NCBI RefSeq assembly: GCF_009914755.1
Contig: NC_060926.1
DNA: 64,000 bases
Source of the DNA: the human T2T-CHM13v2.0 reference genome, Homo sapiens
Strand: one strand, 5' to 3'
In this document: positions 16,931 to 32,298 of the stretch, in pieces
Numbering within the stretch: the first letter of the stretch is position 1
How the letters are laid out: every line of letters starts with the position of its first letter
Notes under the pieces: generated by a model
The model's input: the letters and a program-made list of their open reading frames with translations, nothing else
The model's database searches: none
Told to the model about the DNA's origin: nothing
Translations under genes and position numbers: made by a program

Positions 16931-18041
16931 TCAGAGACCAACTAATCCAGTTCCTCTAAGTAGATGAAACTGAGGCCCAAAGGATTTCCATAAATTCAGT
17001 AATTCCACAAGTATATACTGAGTATTTACAATGTGCCTAGCGCTAGGTAAGGCTAAATGTCTTTAGTGTATTTTAAATATCATTTGGAGTATGCTTAATT
17101 TCCATTTGTCCAGAGATCAAAAGATAAATGCCAGCATCTCATGAATCCTCAAAGCAATATTGAATTATGTTCAGAATTGGTTTATATCAATTTATTTTAT
17201 TGTACTCTAAGTGTGTATCACCCAAGAATGCAATCTGCATACTGCTAATGTGTGTGTGTGAGGTGGGGGAGGGATGGTCAGAGTGTTCAATGCCCAATAT
17301 AATGCCCAATTTAGGAAACACTGGGTTATATTAGGTTAAATAGATTCTTCCCTGAACTTTCAACATGCTTGATAGTGACTAGTTAAATCTCCAAGAAGAG
17401 CATCTAATATGCACTGTTTCCCAAATTTATTTGCCTAGTGAACCTCCCCTTTTTTGTTGCTCCTATTAATAGCTGCCTGCAATGCAGTTCGGAAGAACAT
17501 AGAGTTGGTCGGTGCAGTTCTTTGAAGAGTCCTCATCTGTGTTTAGTGAGGACTTCAAAGGGAAACTGTAAGCTCCCTGGGGAGGAAAGTGGATGGAAGG
17601 GGAGAAGGGAAGGCCGGAGAAGGAGCAGCTAACCAGGAAGACACGGGAGGTAGCAGGTCACTGTCTAGGGTCTAAGAGAGGGACAGGGGCCATAAGCAGA
17701 CAACTGAGGAGCATGTTTCCATGCTAAGCTCAGTGAGACATTTGGGGCTCAAGCAGATGGGCTTTGGGGTCAAGAGATAAGGTGTTTCACAAGGAGAGCC
17801 AGGAGCACTTCTGCAGGAACATGCAGCATGTCTTCAGGCCTCTGGGGATTCCAGAGGACATGGCACCCTGCCTGCAGGTCCCCAAGGACTGCCACATGTC
17901 AGGGCCACAGTGTCTGTGGGGACAGGAGAGGAAGGAAATGAAGCAGGCACAAAGTAGGTTACTGAGTGGTTTCATCAACATCTGTGACACCCACTCCCAG
18001 GGGGTTCCTGGACATATTTGGGGTTAGGTTTAACAAGGGGC

Positions 18042-18215
18042 AGTAGCTATGGGGAACAATATTTGCAGGGCCCAATGCAAAATGACAACACAGGCCCCTT
18101 GTTTAGAGTTAAGAATTTCATGATTGTGACAGCTGAGCATTAAACCAAGCACCAGGCCCTTCTGAATGCAGACCTCTGGACAACTGTACAGGTTGCACAC
18201 CCATGAAGCTGCCAG
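18042..18215 (-). mobile_element. MER45A-like hAT MITE
   Basis: tttgcagggcccaatgcaaaatga...gcattaaaccaagc...ttgcacacccatgaagctg. Confidence 0.7.
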
Positions 18216-18355
18216 AGAGTTCTCAGTGGTCCTAAAGCCCACTTGAATCTCCTGGCTACTGTGGCCTGGAGAAACCAGGTTACGCATGGTTTATATAAAA
18301 AGTTGGTCTCCCTATTCCAACGTATCTGATTATCATGGAAACACTGTTTACCAGT

Positions 18356-19018
18356 TGCTATGGTCTGAATGTTTGTGTCTCCCCTCAACCCCTGCAACAT
18401 TCATATTTAATCCCCAATGCAGTAGTATTAAGAAGTGGTGCCTTAGGAAGTGATGAGGTCCTAAAGTGAATGGGGTGAATGGGATTACTGCCCTGTGAGA
18501 GAGAACCAAGGGCGCTTGTTTGCCCCTTCCACAATGTGAGAACGCAGCAGGAAGATATCCTGTGAAGCAGAAAGTAAGCCCTCACCAGATACCACATCCG
18601 TTGGTGCCTTGACTTTGATCCAGAACAGTAAACAATACATTTCTTTTTTTTTTTTTAATTATACTTTAAGTTTTAGGGTACATGTGCACATCGTGCAGGT
18701 TTGTTACATATGTATACCTGTGCCATGTTGGTGTGCTGAACCCATTAACTCGTCATTTAGCATTAGGTATATCTCCTAATGCTATCCCTCCCCCCTCCCC
18801 CCTCCCCCCACCCCACAACAGTCCCCGGTGTGTGATGTTCCCCTTCCTGTGTCCATGTGTTCTCATTGTTCAATTCCCACCTATGAGTGAGAACATGTGG
18901 TGTTTGGTTTTTTGTCCTTGCGATAGTTTGCTGAGAATGATGGTTTCCAGCATCATAACAATACATTTCTATGGTTTATAAAATACCCAGTCTATGGCAG
19001 CTCAGATGGACTAAGACA
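18356..19018 (+). mobile_element. MaLR solo LTR (MSTD/MLT1A-like), interrupted by L1PA
   Basis: tgctatggtctgaatg...gactaagaca with a perfect 5-bp TSD ccagt (18351-18355, 19019-19023). Confidence 0.88.
18645..18956 (-). mobile_element. 5'-truncated L1PA (L1PA4/5-like) 3' end
   Basis: Canonical L1PA 3'UTR; 14-bp TSD aacaatacatttct (18631-18644, 18957-18970). Confidence 0.95.
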
Positions 19019-19052
19019 CCAGTCATTCTGGGTAAACTTTGTTGTAAGATAA

Positions 19053-19214
<162 letters not shown>

Positions 19215-19222
19215 TAAATTTA

Positions 19223-19440
19223 ACCAGCCTAGGCAACATGGCGAAACCTCGTCTCTACAAAAAGTACAAAAATTAGCCGGCATGGTGGTGCATGCCTGCA
19301 GCCCCAGCTACTCAGGAGGCTGAGAGGTGGGAGTATCACTTGAGCCCAGGAGGTCGAGGTTGCAGAAAGCCATGATTGCGCCACTGCACTCCAGCTTGGG
19401 TGACAGAGCAAGACTCTGTCTCAAAAAAGAAAAAAAAAAA
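19223..19440 (+). mobile_element. 5'-truncated AluJ
   Basis: accagcctaggcaacatgg... to poly-A. Confidence 0.88.
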
Positions 19441-19989
19441 GTACACATTAAATTCCAGGAACATATTTAATGCAGAAATCCAGGCACATTCAAGCTATTT
19501 CCATATATAGTACTCACACCATAAACAGCATCCATTCTCCTCACGCTGAGAATCAAGGCAGATTTGCAGCTGCATTGCAGACGAGTATAACCTTTGACTT
19601 TGTCCTGGGGTTCATACCAGTATTCATTTGGTGCTGAGGCAGCACTCAGCACCCGTGCTGATTTCCCTCAAAAATGAAAAACAAACTCAGGTGGAAAATC
19701 TGGGCATGCAATGTCATTTGCTATTTTTGGAGATGAGGGAGAAAAAAGAAGTTGTGGAAAGTGTTGTAATAAGCAGCATAGAACAGCAGCCCATGAGTGT
19801 GAAATAAAACAACACCCGCATGCTCTTCTTGACAGTGATTGAATGGAAGCAACGAAGTGGAGGAGAAACCACGCTGGGGAGAGCTGGCATCCCCTTGGGA
19901 GAAGCCTTTCCAACAGTGGACTGAAAGCATGAGTTACCTTACCCTGTAAGATTAATCTCCAACCAAACAGCAATCTTACCTCTGAGATA

Positions 19990-22117
19990 CAGGCATACCT
20001 CAGAGTTTATGTGGGTTTCAATCCCAACCACTGCAATAAAGCAAATATTTGGAATAAGTGAGTCACACAGATTTTTTGGTTCCCAGTGCATAGAAAGGTT
20101 ATGTTTATACTATACTGCAGTCTATGAAGTGTGCAATAGCATTACGTCTTAAAAAAGTATATACCTTAATTTAAAAATACTTTTTTGCTAAAAAAAAATG
20201 TTAACAGTCATCTGAGCCTTTAGTGAGTTGAAATCTTTTTGCTAGTGGAGGATCTCATCTCAACACTGGTGACTGCTGACTGATCAGGGTGGTGGTTGCT
20301 GAAGGTTGGGTGGCTGTGGCAATTTCTTAAAATAATACAATGAAATTTGCCGCATTTATTGACTCTTCCTCTCACAAAAGATTTCTCTGTATTGTGAGAT
20401 GCTGTTTGATAGCATTTTGCCCACAGGAGAACTCCTTTCAAAATTGGATTCCATCCTCTCAAACCCTTAGTTGATGCTTTATCAACTAAGTTTATGGAAC
20501 ATTCTCAATCGTTTCTTGTCATTTCAACACTGCTCACAGCACCTTCACCAGAAGCAGCTTCCATCTCAAGAAATCACTTTCTTTGCTCATCCACAGAAAG
20601 CAATTCCTCATCTGTTCAAGTTTAATCATGAGATTGCAGCAATTCAGTCACATCTCCAGGTACCACTTCTAATTCCAGTTCTCTTGCTATTTTCACCACA
20701 TCTGCAGTGACTTGCTCCATTGAAGTCTCAGACCCCACAGTCATCCACGAGAGTTAAAATCAGCTTCCTCCAAACTCTGTTGATGTTGATAGTTTGCCCT
20801 TCTCTCATGAATCATGAGTATTTATAATAACATCTAAAATGGTGAATCCTTTCCAGAAGGTTTTCAATTTACTTTGCCCAGATCCATCAGAGGAATCACT
20901 ATCTATGGCAGCTACAGCCTTACAAATGTATTTCTTAAATAACAAGACTTGAAAGTCAAAAATCACTCCTTGATCCATGGGCTACAGAATGGATGTTGTG
21001 TTAGCAGGCATGAAAACAACATTCAGCTCCTTGTACATCTCCATCAGAGTTCTTGGGTGACTAGGTGCATTGTCAAGAAGCAGTAATATATTAAAAAGGA
21101 ATCTTTTTTATTTTTTGAGTAGTAAGTCTCAACAGCAGGCTTAAATTATTCAGTAAACCATGCTATAAACAGATGTGCTGTCATCCAGGCTTTGTTGCTC
21201 CATTTATACAGCACTGGCAGAGTAGATTTAGCATAATACTTAAGGGTCCTAGGATTTCCAGAATGGTAAATGAGCACCATGTTCAACTTAAAGTCACCAG
21301 CTGCATTAGTCCCTAACAAGAGAGTCGCCTGTCCTTTGAAGCTAGGCATTGACTTCTCTCTAGCTACGAAAGTCCTAGATGGCATCTTCTTCTAGTAGAA
21401 GGCTGTTTCATCTCCATCGAAAATCTATTGTTCAGTGTAGCCACCTTCATCTATGATCTTAGCTAGATCTTCTGGATAACTTGCTGCAGCTTCTCCATCA
21501 GCACTTGCCTCTTCACCTTGCACTTTTATGTTATAGAGATGGCTTCTTGCCTTAAATCTCATGAAGCAACCTCTGCTAGCCTCAGACTTTTGTTCTGCAG
21601 CTTCCTTACGTCTCCCAGCCTTCGCAGGATTGAAAAGAGTTTAGTGCCTTGTTCTAGGCTAGGCTTTGGATGAAGGGAATGTTGTTGCTGGTTTGATCTT
21701 CTATCCAGCTCACTGAAACTTTCTCCGTATCAATGCTGTTTCGCTTTCTTATCATACTTGTGTTCACTGGAGTAGCACTTTTAATTTCCTTCAAGAATTT
21801 TTCCTTTGCATTCACAACTTGGCTATCTGTTTGGCACAAGAAGCCTAGCTTTTGGCCTGTCTCAGCTTTTGACACACCTTGCTTACTAAGCTTAATCATT
21901 TCTAGCTTCGGATTCAAAAATGAGAGATGCACATGATTCTTCCTTTCACTTGAACACTGAGAGGCCATCGTAGGGTTGTTAATTGGCCTAATGTCAATAT
22001 TGTTGTGTCTGAGCAGTGGAGCAGTCAGTATATAACATTTATTAATTAAGCTTGCTATTCTGTATGGGCACAGTTTATGGTGCCCTAAACATTAACAATG
22101 GTAACATCAAAGATACC
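19990..22117 (-). mobile_element. Tigger1 DNA transposon, near full length, transposase disrupted
   Basis: TA + caggcatacctc terminal repeat; minus ORFs [10 protein letters not shown]...KLEMIKLS...[13 protein letters not shown] and [17 protein letters not shown]...NAAGDFKL match Tigger1/TIGD1-type transposase in separate frames. Confidence 0.95.
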
Positions 22118-22120
22118 TGG

Positions 22121-22275
22121 GGCCAGGTGTGGTGGCTCAGGGACTGGGCAAAGTGGTTCATTCCTATAACCTGAGCACTTTGAAAGGCTGAGATGGGAGG
22201 ATCTCTTAAGCCCAGGAGTTTGAGGCTAGCCTGGGCAACACAGTGAGACCCCATCTCAAAAAAAAAAAAAAAAAA
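22121..22275 (+). mobile_element. FLAM / Alu left monomer with a duplicated 5' start
   Basis: ggccaggtgtggtggctca followed by a second Alu start; poly-A. Confidence 0.8.
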
Positions 22276-22276
22276 G

Positions 22277-22608
22277 AATACTATAGATTGAGTGGTTTAA
22301 AAACAACAGAAATTTATTTCTCACAGATCTGGAGGCCGAGAAGTCCAGGATCAAGGCACTGGCAGATTCAGAGTCTGATGTGGCCTGCTTTCTGGTTCAT
22401 AGTTGTTATCACCTTGCTCTGTCCTCACATGACTGAAGGAGCAAGGAAGCTCTTCTGAGTCTCTCTCATACGAGCACTAATCTCATTCATGAGGGTTCTG
22501 CTCATTCATGAATTTCCTCCCAAAGGTTCCGCCTCCTAATACCATCACCTTGAGGATTGGGATTTTAACCTATGAATTTTGCGGGACACAAACATTCAGT
22601 CTATAGCA
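22277..22608 (-). mobile_element. MaLR LTR (MLT1A/MSTD-like)
   Basis: aacaacagaaatttatttctcacag...aaacattcagtctatagca. Confidence 0.85.
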
Positions 22609-22944
22609 GATGGAAGATGAAGCCCAGCTTTCTAGGAAGCCCCCACCCGCAGAAATTTATGGAGCTAAAAAACTGCCCTTCAACTCCCTCCATTTCCTTG
22701 GCTGGCCTCTTCCCCCGACATCTCCCTGTTGTTTCTCCACAGGGAGCTTTTATTCATTGAGAAGGCCAGAACAGAGTGGGGACAGCCATGAGGTGCAGAT
22801 AGTGGGAGCCTAGGGCGGCAGAGAAGGATGACCAGAGGGCCTGGGGGCAGGAGTGTCACCTATGGAAGGAATGGATCCTGGGGACAAGCTGCGTTGTCGG
22901 CTCTGACTAGGTGGGGCGGGGCAGGACTGTGCGATGGGCAAGTG

Positions 22945-23060
22945 TGAACTGTTACTGTCTCCATTATGCAGATGAAGGAACTGAGACTCGATCATGAGGG
23001 GGATTCAATTCTGGTCCTTGTCACTCTGAGGCTTGTGTCCTTTCTGCGCTACCAAGCTTT
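22945..23060 (-). mobile_element. MIR fragment
   Basis: ccattatgcagatgaaggaactgagactc resembles the MIR core. Confidence 0.55.
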
Positions 23061-23636
23061 GTCTCTGCTTCTCAAGATGGTGATACAACTACTAATTCAT
23101 AAAGCTCTGCAAGAGGGTGGTGGTTTTGAGTTGTAATTTCAATGAAGAGGGAGAAGAAGTAGAAAGAAACTAGGTTTATTTTTATGCTTTGGAATATTGA
23201 TTGAAAGAATCAAAAGGATATAAGAGGATAAGGCAGGAAAAGTGGAACAAGAGCTAAACAACAAAGCCTGGAAAATAGACTATACTAATATCTTAAAAAG
23301 CTGATGGATTGAAGGAAAGATTCGGGTGAGGGGGGACAACTGAAGATATGAATCATGGGTAAAGAGGAGGATGTGATGGTCTTTGCCAAGCACCAGCACT
23401 GGCAGTGGGAGTGTGTGGGGTGGGGTCTAGCGCTCATGTTCATGACATAGAGGAGGACCTGGGCCTAGAGCCACTCAGTAAACTGGTGGCAGAGCCAGGG
23501 TAAACTTTGGTCTCCTGGCCCCACCTTCCAGGGCTCTTTTCTCTATTTTGTGCACTCAGAGAAGGGAGTTAAAAGATCAAAGATGTGGAAAGCACATGTG
23601 AAAAGTTAGAGGACACCCACATAGTAAGAAACTTAG

Positions 23637-23968
23637 GGCCAGGTGTGGTGGCTCATGTCTGTAATCCCAGCACTTTGGAGACTGAGGTGGGAGGATCACT
23701 TGAGCCCAGGAGTTCAAGACCAGCCCTGGCTACATAGTGAGACCTCATTCTATGAGAAAATGAGAAATAAATAAGCCAGGCGTGGTGGTGTGAACCCGTA
23801 GTCTCAGCTACTCAGGAGACTGAGGAGGGAGGATTCCTTGAGCCCAGGCTGCAGTGAGCTATGATCATGCCACTGTGTTCCAGCCTAGATGACAGTGAGA
23901 CCCTGTCCCAAAAAACAAAACAAAACAAAACAAAAAACAAGAAACAAACAACAACAGAAAAAAAACAA
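23637..23968 (+). mobile_element. AluJ
   Basis: Full dimer, (AAAAC)n tail. Confidence 0.9.
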
Positions 23969-24505
23969 ATTTAGGCTTACCACTTGAGGTGGACTTGATA
24001 CTCCTAAAACCTGAGGGGTAATAAAAAGATGCAGGTTGAGGTGCCAGGAACAAAGAATCCAAGACTGCAGCTTTGAGGCTTTCAAGGGAAGAGGGTCCAT
24101 CATGACCAAGAAAAAATTTTCAGCACATGCTGTGCAGGTACCAGATGCAAGGAGTACTATAAAAAGTCTGAAGATGGCGACCTCCAGGGAATTTAGTCGC
24201 CCCAGCAGGAAGGCAGCCATTCCAAAGACGTCCCAATGCAGTGTATAATAGCCACAGGCAGTTAAGTTAGTCAGGAAAGTGAGCACCCAGAGAGAATGGA
24301 AGGAGAGAGGGAAAAACTGAAGAAATGTGTAGAAAGACAAAAATAAGACTTAACATTACGATTTTAGACAAAGCAGCATGAGGAAATGTAAATTTTTTTA
24401 AAGAAAGTGATTAGATAAAACATCCAAATGGAAACACATCTTGTAAACCGACGAAGCTCACAGACTGAATACAAAACATCACATTTTTATTTTAAACTTA
24501 AAAAA

Positions 24506-24706
<201 letters not shown>

Positions 24707-25102
24707 CTACAAAAAGGTTTAAAAAGTCTTACTATCACTGCCACCATCCGTACTCTTCTCACTATTAACAATGTATTCATGACTGCAGAAAAGTATCTTA
24801 CAATTATATAGAAATGACTCATAATTTATCACATACATACACAACACACACTTTTAGAAATGCGTACACATGGGTCGTACAGTACACATTCTGTGGCATG
24901 CTATTGCCTTGATTGCATAGTCATATATCTCAGAGCTCAAACCACCTTTTCAAAATCTCTACGGAGTAGCGTGCTATATGGTATTACATAATTATTTAGT
25001 GAATTCACCATTGTTGGGCATTTAAGCTGTTTGAAGATTTTGCTGTTACAGCTATAGAAATGAACATACTTGGCATATTTTTTTGTGTGTAACCTAAGGT
25101 AA

Positions 25103-25465
<363 letters not shown>

Positions 25466-26191
25466 TAACTGTGGCAAAAGACACCTAAAAATTACTATCT
25501 TAATCATTTTTTCAGTGTACAGGTGAGTGGTTTTAAGTACATTCATATTGTTGTGCAACCCTCACCACCAGCCATCTCCAGAACTCTTTTCCTCATCTCG
25601 GACTGAAACTCTATACCCATTCAACATGAACTCCCCATTCTCTCCACTGCCCTCCGTGTCCCTCCCGCTAGCAAACACCATTCTATTTTCTATCTGTATG
25701 ATTTTGACTACTCTGGCTACCTTGTAAAAGCGGAATCATTTGTCTTTTTGTGACTGGCTTATTTCACTTAGCGTAACGTCCTCAAGGTTCATTCATGTTA
25801 CAGCATGTATCAGAAATTCCTTCCTTTTAAGGCTGAATAGTATTATATTCACTGTATGGAGGTATGTATTTTAAATTTGCAGACAGATATGCTGAAATTG
25901 TCCTTCTAAAAGGTGATACCTTCATTCCCACCACAGCAAGTAGGTCCAGCCACATTTCCCCCACCCTCACCAATCCTGCTTACTATCCAGCCTCTTCATG
26001 CTGCCAGTTTACTCCATGGAAGAGGAATCTGGTTATTGTTTTCCTTTGCATGCATGAGTAAGGCTGGTCACCGTTTCACAGATTTATTGGCGACTTTTTT
26101 TTTTATTGTTGCATCTGTTGATATCTTTACCCATTGTTTTCTCTTGGGCTTTCTTTTTCTTAGTAATTTGTATGCGTTCTTAATAAATTAA

Positions 26192-26613
<422 letters not shown>

Positions 26614-26722
26614 TGAAAAAATCCAAAATATATAAATCAAATATATTTAAAAAGTAGAGAAAAGAGTACTCTGTGTACCCATTACCAAGTTTAATCTCCA
26701 CCACACCTCAAATTATTTTGAG

Positions 26723-27002
26723 AGCCAGGCATGGTGGCTCACACTTGTAATCCCAGCACTTGGGAGGCGGAGGTGGGTGGGTCACTTGAAGCCAGGAGTT
26801 GGAGACCAGCCTGGGCAATATAGTGAGACCTCATCTCTAAAAAAAATTAACTGAGTGTGGTGGTGTATACCTGTGGTCTCAGCTACTCGGGAGGCTGAGG
26901 AGGGAGAATCACTTGAGCCCAAGAGTTGGAGGTTAAGTGAGCTATGATTGTACCACTGTACTCCAGCCTGGGTGACAGAGTGAGACCCTGTCTCTTAATA
27001 AA
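26723..27002 (+). mobile_element. AluJ
   Basis: TSD aaattattttga. Confidence 0.9.
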
Positions 27003-28114
27003 AAATTATTTTGAAGCAGATCCCAGACATCATCATTTCATCCACAGGTGTTTTCAACGTGTATCTCTAAAGACAAAATTTTTTTAAAACGTAACTATAA
27101 AACTATAATCATATGTATGTGGTTTTAAAATATAAAACTGTTCATTTCTAAGCAAACATCAGTCATTTTCTATATGATTTCTGGGTTTTGTGCCATGTTT
27201 GCAAAGTCTTCATAACAGTATTATAAATAAATTCGCCCATGTTTTCTTCTAGCATTTATTTTACTCAAAAACCATTCATTAAATTCAAAATTATTGTCCA
27301 GCGCATGCAAAGTTCTTAAGTTCTGGAAAGACACAGAGTCACAGGGTAATCAGAGCCAAGAGAGTTAATTTCCCTGCCCCCTTTCTCACCTGTAAAACAT
27401 CTGCTGCCATGAAACCCCTTTTCAGACCCTGTCCTCCTTTTCCCTCTGTAGACAACCTTCCTGACCTCATGTGTGGGTCAGAACCCCCTATGGACTCTTT
27501 CGCCTCTGGCTTCCTTTTTTTTTTTCTTTTTAATAAGAGTGTTATTAAAATATAATTCACATATAAAATGTACCCTTTTAAAGTATGCAATTCAGTGATC
27601 TCAGTATATTCACAGTTGTGCAATCTTTGCCATTATCTAATTTTACATTTTTTTCATCACCCCCAAAAGAAACCTTCCACCCATTAAGTGATCACTTCCC
27701 ATTTTCATGTCCCCACGAGTCCCCGGCAACCACTAATCTACTTTGTCTCTATGGATTCCCAAGACATTTCATAAACATAGAATCACAATATGTGGCCTTT
27801 TGTGTCTGACTTCTTTATTGCTAGTACTTTTAGAGTCTCATTTTAACATTTTACATCATACTCTTTCTGGAATTTACTTTGATGAAAGAAGAGGAGTTAT
27901 ACAGCTTGACTCTTTTTTTCTCCCAGATAGTCCTGCCATAGTCTCAACACTGTTTTCTGAATAATTCATCTTTCCTCTCATGGATTAGAAATGTCACCAC
28001 TATCATCTACTAAATTCTCATTTTAGTTTATTTCTGGATTTCCTATTTTATTCCATTATCTATCTAAATCTCTGCTAGAATCAAACTGGGTTATTTTTTT
28101 CACTTATTTACTTA

Positions 28115-28222
28115 TTTTAGTGATGGAGTCTTACTACGTTGCTCAGGCTGGATTCAAGCCATCCTCCTACCTCAGCCTCCCAGGTAGCTAGGACTACAGG
28201 TGCGTGCCACCCCCCCGCAGCT
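28115..28222 (-). mobile_element. Alu monomer fragment
   Basis: cctcagcctcccaggtagctaggactacagg. Confidence 0.75.
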
Positions 28223-28639
28223 TAAATGTTTTAATTCTTGTAACTTCAAAATGTATTTAAATATTTAATCTAACTGCCTCCCCTCCCCTAATATCTTTCT
28301 GTTGAGATTTTCTTCTTGGCTATTCTTTCTTGTTTATTTCTACAGATGACCCCAATATTATCTTGTAAAATGTTGAAAAGAAATTTTTAAATATTTTTAT
28401 TGGGATCACATTGAATTGATAGATTAAATACAGCAAGAAATAATACCCCTTAATAGAGATTTTATATTTTCTTTATATGGTCCTGCCTATTTCTAGTTAA
28501 GTTTATTTTCAGATAAATTGATCATAGTGTTCCTATTTAAATGGGATCTTTTCTTTCATTATATTTTCTAACGAGCCATTTTGTACAGTAATTATACAAA
28601 AAGTAACTAACTACTTTACTAAAATTCTCTTATAATTTC

Positions 28640-29112
28640 TGTTAGCTTTTCTGGCAAAACAAACCACCCAATACTTAGCGTCTTAAAATAAGAAACATTA
28701 TTTCTCAACTCTGTGGGTCAACTGGCAGTTTTTCTGGTCTGGGCCAACTCGGTTTATTTCTGCAGAAAACTGGCACTTTAATTGGCCTCGATAGACGAGA
28801 GTGGCTTCACTCAGATGTCTGGTAGTTGGTTCTGTGTCAGCTGGAGCAACAGGGATGAAGAGTCTGTGTGTTTCTCATCATGCCGCGGGCTAACCTAGGC
28901 TCATTCACAGAGCAGTGGTCTCAGCCTCTTAAAATGGTAAAAGAAGGCAAGTCTTAACACACAAACAGTTTTCAAGTTTCTGCTTGCATCATGTTTGCTA
29001 ATGTCCCATTGTTCTAAAGAAAGTCACATGGTTGAGCTCATAGTGTGAAGAAATATACTTCATTTCTGAGAAGAGCTGCAAAAGATTGTAGCTGTTTTTG
29101 CAATCTCCCCCA
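28640..29112 (-). mobile_element. MLT1 (H-J-like) MaLR LTR
   Basis: aacaaaccacccaatacttagc...tgcttgcatcatgtttgctaatgtcccattg...tttttgcaatct. Confidence 0.7.
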
Positions 29113-29304
29113 GATTCCTAACATTTCTTTTTGGCCTATTTTTGTCAGGTTTCTAGTTATTATTTGATATCATTTAAATTAATAAATCCTCCTTACCTCA
29201 AGAGGTAATTTTAACTCTTAAATTATTTTCTTACTTAATCATACTGGTTAGGATTTCCAAAACATTATTAAAGTATAGTATCTTACTTTAAAAGGTTACT
29301 GATG

Positions 29305-29598
29305 GGCCTGTAATTCCAGGACTTTTGGAGGCTGAGGGAGGAGGATCACTGGAGGCCAGGAATTTGAGACCAGCCTGGGTGACATAGAGAGACTGCCCAC
29401 TACTTCTACAAAAATAAAAAATAAAAAATTAGCCAAGCGTGGTGGTGTGCAACTGTGGTCCCAGCTACTTGAGAGGCTGAGGTGGGAGGATCACTGAAGC
29501 CTGAGAAGTCTGGGCTTCAGTGAGCCAAGATCATGCCTCTGCACTCCAGCCTGGGTGACAGAGTGAGATGCTGTCTCAAAAAAAGAAAGAAAAAAAAA
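29305..29598 (+). mobile_element. AluJ, 5'-truncated
   Basis: Alu dimer; aaagttacta-like flanks. Confidence 0.88.
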
Positions 29599-29918
29599 GT
29601 TACTAATGGTTATCTAATGGGTCGTGGGATTATAGGGCTTCCTTTTTATTATTTTGCCTCTTGTTAGTCTCTACTTTTTCTACAATGAATATGTGCTGCT
29701 TATATAATCAAATCATTGGTTTGTTGGCACACCATCACTTTGGGATGGCTCAGAGCGTCCCAGTTCACCCTAAAGTGTAAGCTGCAGTAACCATCCTGGT
29801 TGTAACCAGAATCTTTGTTCTACAATTTGGAATTGGAGTCTCCTTATAATCTAAAGATTTTGTAGTTGTTAACATATTAACACTTTCGATTTTATAATGT
29901 ATTCTTACGTGTCTTTTA

Positions 29919-30245
<327 letters not shown>

Positions 30246-30541
30246 TCAAAGTGCTTTAAGGTACATGTTAATTTTTTTAATTAAAATTTTTTATTAAAAA
30301 ATATATATATCTGTGTAGTGTGAGAACAAAAAAAGAAAAAGCATAATATCTTCTTTCTTTAATGGAAATTAAAGTATGATGCTGAATTTTTATAATGGCA
30401 AAAATAATCTAGCTATTTCTAAGATACTAAGACTCTGGTTTTTGTTTTGATTTTGGTTTGTTTGTTAAATCAGGAATGAATGTTCAATTTTGCTAAATGG
30501 CATTTCAGTATCTAGTGTGATGATTATACTTTTTCCTTTGA

Positions 30542-31846
<1,305 letters not shown>

Positions 31847-31861
31847 TGTATTTAAATTTTA

Positions 31862-32207
31862 AAAAATTTAATTTTAGTTTTTGTAGGTACATAGTAGGTG
31901 TATTTATTTATGGGGTACATGAGATGTTTTGATACAGGCATGCTACGCATAACAATCGCATCATATAAAATGGGGTATCCATCCCCTCAAACATTTATCC
32001 TTTGTGTTACAAACAACCCAATTATACTCTTTTAGTTATTTTAAAATGTACAATTAAATTATTATTGACTATAATCACTCTGTCATGCTATCAAATACTA
32101 GGTCTTATTCGTTCTATTTTTTTGTACCCATTAACCATCCCCACTACCCACAGCCACCTCCACTACCCTTCCCAGCCTCTGGTAACCATCCTCCTACTCT
32201 CTATCAC
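31862..32207 (-). mobile_element. L1MA 3' end, 5'-truncated
   Basis: ggtacatagtaggtgta...ggggtacatgagatg; 15-bp TSD tgtatttaaatttta (31847, 32208). Confidence 0.88.
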
Positions 32208-32298
32208 TGTATTTAAATTTTATGTAAACGAAGTTACACAATATTTATTCTTATGGACTGGTTTGTTCCACTCAGCAACATGGTTTTCTCCTGCCATT

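Noticed and set aside
17170-17510. Possible Charlie-type hAT remnant
   Set aside because: Only vague similarity from memory; I could not fix the termini or family.
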